DNA from: Candidatus Latescibacterota bacterium
Lineage (GTDB): Bacteria; Latescibacterota; UBA2968; UBA8231
Assembly: GCA_965223905.1 (NCBI GenBank)
Contig: CBDCXV010000010.1
Coordinates: 928,001-992,000 of the forward strand
Direction: 5' to 3'
DNA length: 64,000 nucleotides
Shown here: positions 1 through 9,714 of the stretch, one piece after another
Layout: every line of letters begins with the position of its first letter
Position numbering within the stretch: position 1 is the stretch's first letter
The notes under the pieces: model-generated
The model's database searches: none
Told to the model about the DNA's origin: nothing
The model's input: the letters and a program-made list of their open reading frames with translations, nothing else
Position numbers and translations under genes: made by a program

Positions 1-2
1 CC

Positions 3-458
3 GCCAGCCACTGCACCGACGAGCTACTCGACACCGTCTTCGTGCTGGAAGCGGAGAAGGCGACGATCACCCTCGAGTACGAGGGGGGCGGCGCCATCGA
101 ATGGTCCGGCGGCGGGCGGGAACCGCTGCCGGTTCCCGAAGCCGCGGTCACCGACGTGCTGGAAAAGGCGGCGGCCCTCGCCACCGGCGGGCTCGACCTG
201 CCTCCCTGCCCGCTCGCCGTCGCCAGGGCCCAGACCCTGTGCACATGCGGCAGCTTCGAGTCCTCAGCGGTACACGAGCTGCCCGGCCGCGAGCTGCGTG
301 AAGGCACCGTCGTCTTCCCCGGAATGAAGGAGGCGGTGCTGCGGGCGTTCGCGGAAGCGGCGCTGTTCTCGGAGCTGTCCCTGCCCTGGGCGCGGGCCGG
401 CGACGAGGTCGACCTGCGGGGGTACGGGTACTACCCGGCCTTTCGCCCGCCTCCCTGA
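3..458 (+). CDS. 5'-partial CDS, probably the C-terminus of a Gfo/Idh/MocA-type oxidoreductase
   Basis: Frame is open from the window start (ASHCTD...) to the stop at 458; ends 'LFSELSLPWA', similar to C-termini of such oxidoreductases. Assignment is weak. Confidence 0.4.
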   Translation, partial: ASHCTDELLDTVFVLEAEKATITLEYEGGGAIEWSGGGREPLPVPEAAVTDVLEKAAALATGGLDLPPCPLAVARAQTLCTCGSFESSAVHELPGRELREGTVVFPGMKEAVLRAFAEAALFSELSLPWARAGDEVDLRGYGYYPAFRPPP

Positions 459-646
459 GTCCTCCCTCCCTCACCCCCTGCGGGCCGGACAGCAGGGGCG
501 CTGCCATTGCATCCCCGGTGGACCGTTTCAGCAACCCGCCCACCGCGCGGGGCAGGCTCCAAGGCTGACATCCGGCCGACTCTGGACAGGAACCGTGCCG
601 TTGGCATATGTTGCCGGCCTATGCTTCCAACGACGGAGAGAACCGC

Positions 647-880
647 ATGACCATCGAGCGACGCGTCAGGCTTTTCAGGAACGGACGCAACCAGGCGGTG
701 CGCATCCCCAGGCAGTTCGAGCTGCCGGGGAAGGAGGCCGTCATGCGCAAGGAAGGGGACTGCATCATCATCGAGCCGGCAGCGAAACGATCCTTGCTGG
801 AGATCCTGGCCGGACTCGAGCCCCTGAGTGAGGAGTTCCCGCCGGTAGACGACCTCCCTCCCGAAGGGGTCGAACTCTGA
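647..880 (+). CDS. vapB: VapB-type antitoxin (AbrB/MazE fold)
   Basis: 'RLFRNGRNQAVRIPRQFELPG' swapped-hairpin motif; GGAG before ATG at 647; TGATG overlap with the toxin gene. Confidence 0.9.
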   Translation: MTIERRVRLFRNGRNQAVRIPRQFELPGKEAVMRKEGDCIIIEPAAKRSLLEILAGLEPLSEEFPPVDDLPPEGVEL

Positions 881-1278
881 TGCCCTACCTGCTCGACACC
901 AACATCCTGTCCGACCTCGTCCGCAACCCACAGGGCCGTGTTGCCGAGCGCATCGGGGAAGTGGGAGACTCCGAAGTCTGCACGAGCATCGTCGTCACGG
1001 CAGAACTCCGCTACGGCGCCGCCAGGAAGGGGTCTCAACGGCTTGCGACCCAGTTGGAAGCCGTGCTCGGAGCGCTGGAGGTATTGCCGTTCGAGGCCCA
1101 CGCCGACGTCACCTACGGCCGGCTGCGCTGCCGGCTGGAAGCCAGGGGGCAGCCGATCGGGGGCAACGATCTGCTGATCGCCGCACAGGCCCTTTCTTCC
1201 GGGCACATTCTCGTCACCGACAACGAACGGGAGTTTTCGCGCGTAGACGGCCTGCTGCGGGAGAACTGGCTGCGGTAG
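880..1278 (+). CDS. vapC: VapC PIN-domain toxin
   Basis: YLLDTNILS, E in AELRYG, GGNDLLIAAQA, LVTDNEREF acidic PIN motifs. Confidence 0.93.
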   Translation: MPYLLDTNILSDLVRNPQGRVAERIGEVGDSEVCTSIVVTAELRYGAARKGSQRLATQLEAVLGALEVLPFEAHADVTYGRLRCRLEARGQPIGGNDLLIAAQALSSGHILVTDNEREFSRVDGLLRENWLR

Positions 1279-1314
1279 GCCGGCGTCCTCGCGGTCTTCC
1301 CGGGCCCCTCCCGG

Positions 1315-3813
1315 TCAGTGGGGCAGGCCGAGCTTGTGCATGCGCCGGTGGATGGCCTCGCGCGCCTCGGCGAACGGCCGCTCGAGGTAGGCGCCGTGAT
1401 CGGCTTCGCCGTGGTGGTGGGTCGCCGTCCCCACCTCGTGCTGGCGGCTGGTGTTGCGGATGTACTCGATGCAGCCGTCGACCAGGGTCAGCATGTAGGT
1501 CGCCGTCTCCTGGTCGAACATCCACCATTCCCCGCCGCAGGCGACGTAGACCGGGGAGGTGTGCGCGAAGATGCCGCGGCCCCAGCCGTCGTAATGCGGC
1601 ACCGACTGGTACCCCGGGCCGGCGACCCGCGCCGCAAGCCAGGAGTGGCCGTTGATCTCCGCCTTCCCCCTGAGGGTGAGCCGGCGCGCGCCCTTCGGCT
1701 CCGACGCCTCCGCCACCACTCGCCCCTCCTGGACCACCTGCAGGCAGTGGACGGGGAAGATGCACTCCGCCTCGGCCTCGAACTCCAGGGTGCCGCCGTT
1801 GCCCGGCAGCTCGACGGTGTCGCCGATCTCGCGGCCGTCGACGCGGAACTTCAGCATCGGCCCGCCGCTGTGGACGGTGCGGCCCGCGGCCACCGCCCGG
1901 CACCAGTTGTCGTAGGTGAACTCCTCCCCTTCGCCGAGCCTTGCGTAGGTGCGGTAGATGCCGACCGGAACGTCGCTCGACATCTTGTCGGTGCCGCCGA
2001 CCAGGGGAAGCTTGTAACCGCAGTTGAGGTAGCGGTAGTACTCGTGGTGGTTGAACTCGGCGTGGCGCAGCATCTCGACGGCGTCCGCCCTGCCGGTGGC
2101 AATCAGGGCCGCGGGCTCGCCGTTGGGGTTCGGCAGGTGGGGAATCACCACCGTCCCTCCCTGCGCATGGGTGCGGTCCGCCCAGTCCGACATGGTCACC
2201 TCGAGGGTGCCGCCCATCTCCGCCTCCCCGGGGCCGTCCGAGCACCAGGGCATGACCGGCTCCTTGAGGCCCCACAGAATCAGGTGGCCGAGGAAGTGCT
2301 GCCTGTTCTCCTGCGACACGTAGACGATGCTGTTGCCGTCGTCGGAGACGCTGGGAGCGCCGGTGAACTCCTGCTTGTCGGTGAACAGGGTCCCCCACTG
2401 CGACTGCAACATGTTGACGACGTTGAGGTCCTCGGCGTTGGCCTCGGTGTGGCTCCCCTGGGCCGACAGGAAGTGGACGTGGGAGTCGCCGCTGTACCAG
2501 CCCTCGGCGTTCATGTGGCACCAGCGCTTCAGGCGCAGCTCCAGCTCCCGCTGCCCCGGTTTCAGCTCGAGCCTGCGCCGGATCGGCTCGTACTCGAACC
2601 CCCGCGCCACATCGACGATCACCTCCCCGCGCGGCAGCCAGCCCTGGCAGGTGCCGTCGATGTAGGCGTAGGAAGCCTGGCCGAGGCGCAGGTCGCCGCC
2701 GACGTCGAAGTGCCAGGTGCCGTTGTTGGAGTTGACGTGGGCGTGGTGCCCGTGGGGGGCGTACGCCACCCCGCGCGGCGAGCGGAAGTGGATGCGGCAG
2801 GGGACCGGCCGCCCGGTGTCGTCGTCGATCACCCGGGTGTGCACCCAGTTGCGGCCATCGTCGACGACCTCGACGCGGACCCTCGAACCGGACTCCGCCC
2901 GGCCCTCGGCGAGCACCTTCCCCCAGTTGACCTCTCCCAGGGTCTCCTCCCCCTGCTTCACGGTCACCGTCGCCGAAGGCGAGGCGGCGATCTCGACCTG
3001 GGACGGACTGCTCTTCTCGTTCTGCGGCTCCCCCCACCCCTTGCGGTCGCCGGCGACGAACTCGCCGGCCGGCTTCTCGGGCAGCGGGTACGGGTAGGTC
3101 GCCACCCCGCGGTCGACCCCGACCTCGAGATCGAACGGCTTTTCCGCGTCCTCCGGCTGTGGCAGGGTGACGACGACGTCGCGCAAACCCTGGCGGCAGA
3201 CCGGCTCCTCGTCTGCGCGGCTTGTGGTGATGCCGCCGACGGCGAGGACCCGCGGGCCCGGAACCACCTCGATCGCAACCAGCTCCTTCTCCGGGGAGGG
3301 GTTCTGCCACCACCAGAGGACGAACCAGCGCGGCGACGCGCGCTCCACCTCGGTCTGGCGGCGCCCGGCGTCGCTCCAGCTTCCCTCCCAGCGCGGCAGC
3401 AGCTGATCGCCGCAATCGGGAACGGCGAGAAACGGGGAGCCCCCGTCCGGCGGCACCGTGCAGATCTCGAAGCGCTCCCGCACGGGAACGGCGTGCGATT
3501 CCCCGCCGGCGAGGTGGAAGACGTAGGAGCCGACCTCCTCGCCGACCGGACCGCCCGCGGAGATCCTCGATTCCACCAGGCGGTGGGCGAAGACGACGTA
3601 GCGCGCCGGGCTGCCCACAGGTATCGAGACCGGCTCGGTCGCGTGCCCGGGCCCGGCGGCCAGCAGGCAGCTGGCCGGCTCCGCGCCGGTGCCGCCGATG
3701 GAGAACGGCAGCCCTTGGAAGGTCCGGTCCCCGGCCGGAAAATCACCGCCTCCGAAAAGGTCCGCCCCTGCGTTCCGCACCCCTGCCAGGTCGATCGGTT
3801 CGTAGTCCCTCAT
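1315..3813 (-). CDS. CehA/McbA-like PHP-fold metallohydrolase
   Basis: Real start MRDYEPIDL after GGAG; motifs WYSGDSHVH, HFLGH, IPH, GGTD; C-terminal AHTSPVYV. Confidence 0.75.
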   Translation of the reverse strand: MRDYEPIDLAGVRNAGADLFGGGDFPAGDRTFQGLPFSIGGTGAEPASCLLAAGPGHATEPVSIPVGSPARYVVFAHRLVESRISAGGPVGEEVGSYVFHLAGGESHAVPVRERFEICTVPPDGGSPFLAVPDCGDQLLPRWEGSWSDAGRRQTEVERASPRWFVLWWWQNPSPEKELVAIEVVPGPRVLAVGGITTSRADEEPVCRQGLRDVVVTLPQPEDAEKPFDLEVGVDRGVATYPYPLPEKPAGEFVAGDRKGWGEPQNEKSSPSQVEIAASPSATVTVKQGEETLGEVNWGKVLAEGRAESGSRVRVEVVDDGRNWVHTRVIDDDTGRPVPCRIHFRSPRGVAYAPHGHHAHVNSNNGTWHFDVGGDLRLGQASYAYIDGTCQGWLPRGEVIVDVARGFEYEPIRRRLELKPGQRELELRLKRWCHMNAEGWYSGDSHVHFLSAQGSHTEANAEDLNVVNMLQSQWGTLFTDKQEFTGAPSVSDDGNSIVYVSQENRQHFLGHLILWGLKEPVMPWCSDGPGEAEMGGTLEVTMSDWADRTHAQGGTVVIPHLPNPNGEPAALIATGRADAVEMLRHAEFNHHEYYRYLNCGYKLPLVGGTDKMSSDVPVGIYRTYARLGEGEEFTYDNWCRAVAAGRTVHSGGPMLKFRVDGREIGDTVELPGNGGTLEFEAEAECIFPVHCLQVVQEGRVVAEASEPKGARRLTLRGKAEINGHSWLAARVAGPGYQSVPHYDGWGRGIFAHTSPVYVACGGEWWMFDQETATYMLTLVDGCIEYIRNTSRQHEVGTATHHHGEADHGAYLERPFAEAREAIHRRMHKLGLPH

Positions 3814-3932
3814 TTGTCCATCTCCTGTCGTATCATCGGTTTCATTGCATGAATGTCTCAGGCGCCGGGATGCCCCGGCCACTGGCCGCGGCCACAGGCC
3901 GGCCCCCATTTGCCTGCTCGTGCGCCCGGCCG

Positions 3933-4661
3933 CTACAGGCCCGCCTGTTCCAGCATGTGCCCGACCAGCTCGACCGAGCGCTCGATGCAGTCGCGTCCGT
4001 GATCCGCGGTGGCGTCGCGCGGGTCCTCGCCGCCGACCCCCTGGGGCCAGACCTCGCGGTCGGGATCCAGGGCCCCGAGGTCGACGAGCTCGGGCCGCAG
4101 GGCCATCACCAGCGACGTCTCGTTGCGGGCGGCGTGGTCGATCTGGCTCTTCCACTCCCCGGCCACCTCTTCGGTGACCCCGAGCAGCTCGAGCCCGAAG
4201 CGCGCCTTGCGCTCTTCGAGGTGGGTCACCCAGGAGCGGCGCGAGGGGCCGTGGCCGTCGGCGAAGACCGCCTTGAAGCCGGCCCGCTTCACCTGCTCGA
4301 GGACGGCGTCGACGAGGGCGAGGAACAGCCCCTGCGAGACCCAGTAGCAGCTGCCGTCGAGCTGCCGGTTCGGCGCCGTCGCCCCGGCCATGTCCATCCC
4401 CTGCAGGAAGCTGCCGTCCTGCTGCCGCGAAGCGCGGTCGGGTCCCAGGTGAATCGGCGGCAGCACGATCCCCCCGAAGCGGCGCGCGCACTCGCACATC
4501 ACCCCCTCGCTGATGATGGCGTCGCTTCCGAGCGGCAGCTGCTCGCCGTGCCACTCCAGGGTTCCCAGCGGCAGGTAGGCCAGGGGCCGCTGCGCCAGGC
4601 GTTCGCGGAACTCCTGCGGCCGCAGCTCGGCGTAGCGCACCTTGTCGGACACGCTCATCAT
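3933..4661 (-). CDS. Creatininase-family amidohydrolase
   Basis: MMSVSDKVRYAELRP start inside ORF 3933..6110; motifs PLGTLEWHGEQLPLGSD, DGHG, DHAARNETS. Confidence 0.88.
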   Translation of the reverse strand: MMSVSDKVRYAELRPQEFRERLAQRPLAYLPLGTLEWHGEQLPLGSDAIISEGVMCECARRFGGIVLPPIHLGPDRASRQQDGSFLQGMDMAGATAPNRQLDGSCYWVSQGLFLALVDAVLEQVKRAGFKAVFADGHGPSRRSWVTHLEERKARFGLELLGVTEEVAGEWKSQIDHAARNETSLVMALRPELVDLGALDPDREVWPQGVGGEDPRDATADHGRDCIERSVELVGHMLEQAGL

Positions 4662-6529
4662 CCCTCCTCGCTGACGCGGGCGAAGCCATCGGGCGCCCTC
4701 ATGTTCGCGGCGGCGGCGCGGATCCAGGCGCCGGAGCGGACGCGCTCCTCGACCCGCAGGTGGACGACCTCGCCGTCGAGGCGGCTGCAGCCGTCGAGCT
4801 CGCCGACCTGCACCCCGGCGCCGCTGGCCGCAAGGTCTCCCTTTCCCTTCGCGGTCGCCGCGAGCCGTCCGTCGATGTAGAGCCGCGCCTCCCCGCCGTC
4901 GTACACCCCGGCGACGTGATGCCACCCCGGCCCGGGGTTGCCGTTGGCGCGCGCGCTCACCGGACCGGTCTTGGTGTTGACGGTGAACACCGGGCCGGGC
5001 AGCGAGGCCCCGAGGCCGCCGTTGTGGCCGCAGTCCATGTACTTGAGCAGGAACCGCGCCCCGTCGCCGGCGGTGTCGTAGCGCAGCACCTGCCCGTGCG
5101 GAAAGATCGTGCCGTCCCCGGTCGGGTCGCCCGGCTCCCCGTCCTTGCGCCACGGCGCGAAGTAGAGGAAACGGCCGTCGAAGGCGCCGCCGTTGAAGCC
5201 GCCGGGATTGGGGGGCGCCAGCAGCGAGCCGTCCGCGGCGCTCCAGGCCTCCCCGTCGGCGAAGCCCTTGCTGGTGTCGTAGCGCAGCAGCTCGCAGTGG
5301 AAGCCGCTCTCGTCGGCGCCGCCGTTGTAGAACGGGACGAAGTACACGTAGCGGCCGTCGAACAGGGCGCCGTCGAAGCCGCGGCAGTCCAGGCCGGAGG
5401 TCCCGGCGACGTCGCGCGACTCCCAGCTCGCCCCCGCATCGAACGGGGCCTCGGTGTCGAAGCGCACCACCGCGGTGTTGTCGCCGTAGGGCACGTAGTA
5501 CACGTGGCGGCCGTCGAACACCGCCCCGTCGTAGCAGGAGCAGGCCACGCCGCCGGTATCGCCGGCGTCCCAGGTCTCGTAGCTGCCCGCCTCGGCGAAC
5601 GGCGCCGTGGTGTCGTAGCGGATCACCAGCCCGCTGCCGCCGCCGCCGTCGCCGTCGTATCCCGGGACGTAGTACACGTAGCGGCCGTCGAAGGCGCAGC
5701 CCTGGGAGGAGCGCGCCACCCCGAGATCGAAGGCCGACCACGCCGCCGGATCGCGGAAGTCGCCGTTGCCGGCATCGTAGCGCAGCATGACGCTGTGGAG
5801 CTTCCCGGCGCTGTTGTGGCGCGGCGCGTAGAAGACGTAGCGGCCGGTGCAGGCGACCCCGTAGTACCCGGTCGTGTCGAGCCCGGAGGTCCTGCCGGCG
5901 TCGTACGCCGACCAGCTTCCCGGGTCGTCGAAGCCGCCGTGGGTGTCGTAGCGCAGCGCCGTTCCGTGGCGCCCCGCGGTGTTGCACTGCGGCGAGAAGT
6001 AGACGTAGCGGCCGTCGCACATCGCCCCGAAGAACCCCCGCGTCTCCAGGCCGTCGGTGGCGCCGGCGTCGTAGGTGGCGAAGCGCTCGAGAGCGGCGGC
6101 CAGCGGCCACTGCGAGGCGATCACCTGCATCTGTTCGGCACGGGACTCCCCGGCGTGGATCCAGGATTCGACGGTCAGGGCGCTGCCGCCGCGGTTTCCG
6201 TCGCTCGATTTGTCCGTCGCCTGCGGAGATTCTTCTGAAACGGGGAACCGGCAGCTCCGGGTGAACGGGTCTTCCCGGCCTCCGGAACCGCTGCCCCCGG
6301 GCGCGGCGAAGAAGACGGTGTCGGCCGCCGCGGTCACCTCGGGCAGGAGCACCCGGACCAGGGATTCCCCGGGGGTTCCGAACGGGACGCTCGGAAGCTC
6401 CCTGCCCTGTGAGTCGGTGAAGGTGAGGCCGCCTGCCGCCGCGGCCTCCGGCAGCCTGACGACCACCGGGAAGTCCGCCAGGTCCGCGGCCACGGCCCCC
6501 GCGGCGATGGTGATGCGCAGCCGCTTCAT
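4658..6529 (-). CDS. LamG-like jelly-roll protein with an inserted six-repeat beta-propeller
   Basis: Six GxxxDGR(Y/F/H)VY(F/Y)xP...LRYD(T/A)-type repeats flanked by LamG halves (LTVESWI ... WHHVAGVYDG...LYIDG). Confidence 0.75.
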   Translation of the reverse strand: MKRLRITIAAGAVAADLADFPVVVRLPEAAAAGGLTFTDSQGRELPSVPFGTPGESLVRVLLPEVTAAADTVFFAAPGGSGSGGREDPFTRSCRFPVSEESPQATDKSSDGNRGGSALTVESWIHAGESRAEQMQVIASQWPLAAALERFATYDAGATDGLETRGFFGAMCDGRYVYFSPQCNTAGRHGTALRYDTHGGFDDPGSWSAYDAGRTSGLDTTGYYGVACTGRYVFYAPRHNSAGKLHSVMLRYDAGNGDFRDPAAWSAFDLGVARSSQGCAFDGRYVYYVPGYDGDGGGGSGLVIRYDTTAPFAEAGSYETWDAGDTGGVACSCYDGAVFDGRHVYYVPYGDNTAVVRFDTEAPFDAGASWESRDVAGTSGLDCRGFDGALFDGRYVYFVPFYNGGADESGFHCELLRYDTSKGFADGEAWSAADGSLLAPPNPGGFNGGAFDGRFLYFAPWRKDGEPGDPTGDGTIFPHGQVLRYDTAGDGARFLLKYMDCGHNGGLGASLPGPVFTVNTKTGPVSARANGNPGPGWHHVAGVYDGGEARLYIDGRLAATAKGKGDLAASGAGVQVGELDGCSRLDGEVVHLRVEERVRSGAWIRAAAANMRAPDGFARVSEEG

Positions 6530-6563
6530 GGTATCGGTGCCGCGGACCGGGTGGCCGGCTCCC

Positions 6564-7556
6564 TCAGCCCCCGACCGCCCGCATGAGAGTCTCCTGGACC
6601 AGCAGCTCGTGCTCGTACGGCCGGTCAGGCTCGCGCTCGCCGGAGATCGCCGCCAGGAAGGCGACCAGCTCCTCGTCGTAGCAGCCCTGGCGGTCGCGGC
6701 CCTCCATCTCGACGACCTGGGCTCCCTTGCGGAAGCCGCCGCGGTCCTCGTCGAGACAGAGCCGCACCCGGTCCCCCGGCTCGAACGGCTCGACGATGAT
6801 GGCGCTGCCCCGGGTGCCGTAGACCTCGAAGCGGCGCGCCATCGGCGCCGTCTCCATGGCGGCGATGTCGACTACGGCGACCGCCTTCTCGAACTCGTAC
6901 ACGCCGACGGTGTTGTCGCTGAATTCGGGGACCTCGCCGCTGTCGTTGCGCAGGAAGGCCGTGACCCTTTCCGGGCGGCCGAGCATCCAGACGATCTGGT
7001 CTAGCATGTGGCCGGCCAGGTCGTAGTGGACGCCGCCGCGGTGAGCCGCGGCGATGCGCTCGCGCGCCTCTGCCGGAACGCTCGTCGACATGTGGGCCCG
7101 CACCGAGAAGACGTCGCCGAGAAACCCCGAGCGCGCCCACTCCGTCACCTGCCGGAACAGCGGATTGTAGCGCAGCATGTACCCCATCTGCACCACCAGG
7201 CTGCCGGCGCGCGCCGCGGCGATCACGCGCTCCCACTGCCCGTAGTCGTCGCCGGCCGGCTTGTCGTACCAGACGTGCTTGCCCGCGTCGACGATCTGCC
7301 CGGTCTGGCCGAGGCTGTTCGAGTTGCGCCCCTCCGAGGCGACGGCGGCGACGCTGTCGTCGGCGAGCATCTCCTCGGCGCTTTCGTACCAGTGCAGGCC
7401 CTCGTACTCCGGGTTGCCTGAGAACATCCGGCGCTCCTCTTCATCCGGCTCGAAAACCCCGGCAACCTCGACGCCGTCGTTCGTCCTCATCGAACGCATC
7501 TTGCCGGCGGCGTGCCCGTGCCCGATGCCGAGCTGGGCCATGCGCACTTTTCCCAT
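6564..7556 (-). CDS. Gfo/Idh/MocA oxidoreductase
   Basis: N-terminal Rossmann motif LGIGHGHA, KHVWYDKP, GYMLRY, DLAGHMLD. Confidence 0.88.
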   Translation of the reverse strand: MGKVRMAQLGIGHGHAAGKMRSMRTNDGVEVAGVFEPDEEERRMFSGNPEYEGLHWYESAEEMLADDSVAAVASEGRNSNSLGQTGQIVDAGKHVWYDKPAGDDYGQWERVIAAARAGSLVVQMGYMLRYNPLFRQVTEWARSGFLGDVFSVRAHMSTSVPAEARERIAAAHRGGVHYDLAGHMLDQIVWMLGRPERVTAFLRNDSGEVPEFSDNTVGVYEFEKAVAVVDIAAMETAPMARRFEVYGTRGSAIIVEPFEPGDRVRLCLDEDRGGFRKGAQVVEMEGRDRQGCYDEELVAFLAAISGEREPDRPYEHELLVQETLMRAVGG

Positions 7557-7562
7557 GTCCTT

Positions 7563-7720
7563 CTACTCTCCCTGTGTGTCGATCAGAACCTTCATCAGCT
7601 CGCCGCCCGCCTCGATCTCCTCGAAGACGCCCTGGAGGTCGCCGAGCCCCCGGCGCGCCGAGATCAGGCGCTCGAGCGGCAGCTCGCCGGAGGCGACCAT
7701 CGCTATGGCGGCGTCGTAGT
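7563..7720 (-). pseudogene. 3' part of a Zn-dependent alcohol/sugar dehydrogenase interrupted by the transposon
   Basis: YDAAIAMVASGELPLERLIS...MKVLID joins in frame to 14720..15589 once the element and one target-duplication copy are removed. Confidence 0.9.
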
Positions 7721-7765
7721 GGAACTTATAACCCCTACTACAATCTGCTGAACGCAGAGATTTTG
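7721..7765 (+). repeat. Left terminal inverted repeat (45 bp)
   Basis: GGAACTTATAACCCCTACTACAATCTGCTGAACGCAGAGATTTTG, exact reverse complement of 14675-14719. Confidence 0.97.
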
Positions 7766-7819
7766 TGCGGGTAGCGGTTATAACTTCCGGTCGTTCTGTC
7801 AATCCCTGTTGAGCTGTTC

Positions 7820-8026
7820 TTATTCTTCCGTATCTTCTTTGTCCTTGGAATTATCGGTTAGCTTGCGTAAGGCTATCGGACCGCCGACAGCTACAGCTAC
7901 GAAAGCGGTTATGCCTAATCCGATAAGTAGTCGATCCGGCTCGCTGGAATTCCAGCTGATGTCGAAACCTGGGACTTTGAAGGAAAAGCCTTCCTCCTTC
8001 TTGAAAGCGTTCGTGAAGTCGATCAT
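7820..8026 (-). CDS. Small single-TM hypothetical cargo protein
   Basis: Likely start MIDFTNAF at 8026; hydrophobic LLIGLGITAFVAVAVGG followed by a charged tail. Confidence 0.5.
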   Translation of the reverse strand: MIDFTNAFKKEEGFSFKVPGFDISWNSSEPDRLLIGLGITAFVAVAVGGPIALRKLTDNSKDKEDTEE

Positions 8027-8269
8027 GACGTGTTTCTCGTGGCGAAGGATGTAGGTAGTTCGATAGGGTGCGGTTCGGCATCCCATCGAATGAAATCTTC
8101 GAGTATACGGAAAGATTCGAGAATTCGCAAGGCAGGGATTGACAGCTAAAAAGAACAGGGACAATAATCTATCCCTGCTCTTTTAGTCAGCGTTTATTGC
8201 CAAAGTGATTGAGCACTATCTGGATCAGCTCAAGACTAACCTCCAGCAGAATCGCGACCCACTTCGGTA

Positions 8270-8566
8270 TCATTGCCCACCTCCTTTCTTGTGAGGGTCA
8301 GTTTCCTCGCCTTTCTCGGAGTGATCCCCGTTTTTTGTGAACCTGCCGTTCTCGTCGCGTTTTTGCGCTTCCTGTCGCCGGGTTTCGTTGGGATCGACGC
8401 CGTTTTGTATATCTTCCTGCGCTTCCCTGAAATCCCGCTTCACGACATTCAGCTTGGACCGCAACCTCTCGGTGAGAAATCTTTCCACCGCAAAGCGTAT
8501 CGCGTAGACCCCGGCTTCCTTGACAACAAGAACGCCTACGGTCATGAGTATTGGCTTCCACGACAT
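8270..8566 (-). CDS. Hypothetical cargo protein with N-terminal hydrophobic segment and RDENGRF motif
   Basis: AGGGGG ribosome-binding site before ATG; 98 aa. Confidence 0.6.
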   Translation of the reverse strand: MSWKPILMTVGVLVVKEAGVYAIRFAVERFLTERLRSKLNVVKRDFREAQEDIQNGVDPNETRRQEAQKRDENGRFTKNGDHSEKGEETDPHKKGGGQ

Positions 8567-8701
8567 GATTTACCCCCTTTCATAGGAGTTTGAGAATGAA
8601 CAACAGACTACCAGACGATTTCAGAGACGAAATCGCCAAGAAACAGAGACAGGAGACTCAGAGACTACGGAAGGAGAACGCGGAGCTACGTAAGCAGGCA
8701 C

Positions 8702-8747
8702 AAAAAACCCCCGGCTCACAAGAAACCGGGGGCGGTTGTTTTTTTTT
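8702..8747. terminator. Probable bidirectional intrinsic terminator
   Basis: A6-CCCCCGG...CCGGGGG followed by a T9 run; lies just past the stop of 8767..8997(-). Confidence 0.6.
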
Positions 8748-8766
8748 CTCTGGTGGGGAAGGTGAG

Positions 8767-8997
8767 TTAGGGATTGGCCCTGGCTTTGAGCTGGCTTCTC
8801 AAAGATTCGATTTGATACTCAAGGGCGTCGAGGTCGTTTCTCTTGAAATTGATCTTCTTGATGAGGTTATCACAGAGCTCGTCGATTACTGTAGGGCTCG
8901 GGGATTGATCGATTAAATGCTTTTGTATATCATCTCTAAGCTCTGATTTTATCTTTTCTACCTCTTCTTCGAAGGCATCCCAGTAATTTCTTGTCAC
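8767..8997 (-). CDS. Small helical/coiled-coil hypothetical cargo protein
   Basis: 76-aa charged helical ORF ending just before the terminator. Confidence 0.45.
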   Translation of the reverse strand: MTRNYWDAFEEEVEKIKSELRDDIQKHLIDQSPSPTVIDELCDNLIKKINFKRNDLDALEYQIESLRSQLKARANP

Positions 8998-9117
8998 CTT
9001 TGCTTTCCCTTTCTTTGGGTTATCCTGCTAAGATTGCGGTTAGTCCGACGATTCCACAAAAAATTATGAATACCCATAAAATGCAAGCCAGTATCCAGCC
9101 AAGGAACCGTAACATTG

Positions 9118-9714
9118 TTACCTGGCTCCGCTTTCAATCAGTAGCCTTATTATCTCATCATGAGTATCGGGACCACAATTTGAGCTTACCCAAGTGTAAG
9201 CTTGGCTGAATTCTAATAGCGAGAATTCTAATTTCCTTGAATCGCTTCCTGGGAAGTCGATCCGCAAGACTGCCGTATCGTTTGAACTTTTCAAGTGCTC
9301 TATTAGCTCTTTGAATTTTCGATTGTCTATGTTTTTTTTGTGGCGCTCCCATCTGTCCTTGTCTCTGAGTAGTTCAACTCTTGCAACTCCAATAGGGGAA
9401 ACAAACCCCTTGAAAGATTTTGTTTCCGACCCAGACGTTATTTTGAATACAACCGCCTCATCTGTTTCAGACATATATATCGGTCTTGTTGGATCTTTGC
9501 GGTTATAGGTGAACGACATCCACTGTCCAGGCCAGCTTTTATGATATTCGCACTGTATCCACAATTCAGGGCTTTTTTTGTTGGTCATTGTGACGGTTAA
9601 CCTGGTTTTTCCCCATGTATTCATCCTTAGATTCCATGATTCATTAGATGGCCCTTTAAATTCATACGCGGAAGATGCAACAGTAGACAGTAGTAGCAGA
9701 GACAGTAACAGCAT
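9118..9714 (-). CDS. Secreted hypothetical cargo protein
   Basis: 198 aa; signal-peptide-like MLLLSLLLLSTVASSA; GGGGA upstream of ATG. Confidence 0.6.
   Translation of the reverse strand: MLLLSLLLLSTVASSAYEFKGPSNESWNLRMNTWGKTRLTVTMTNKKSPELWIQCEYHKSWPGQWMSFTYNRKDPTRPIYMSETDEAVVFKITSGSETKSFKGFVSPIGVARVELLRDKDRWERHKKNIDNRKFKELIEHLKSSNDTAVLRIDFPGSDSRKLEFSLLEFSQAYTWVSSNCGPDTHDEIIRLLIESGAR

Noticed and set aside
1214-6238. Long alternative-frame and antisense ORFs (e.g. 1214..3415, 1318..3852, 4760..6238)
   Set aside because: Arg/Pro/Ala-rich or antisense shadows of real genes, expected at high GC; the same applies to most overlapping ORFs in the track.
8143-8190. Hairpin GCTAAAAAGAACAGGGA...TCCCTGCTCTTTTAGT
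   Set aside because: Real imperfect palindrome, but I cannot distinguish terminator, operator or chance.
8590-8916. 108-aa + strand ORF
   Set aside because: Runs through a terminator and T9 tract and overlaps 8767..8997 antisense; only the first ~38 codons look plausible.
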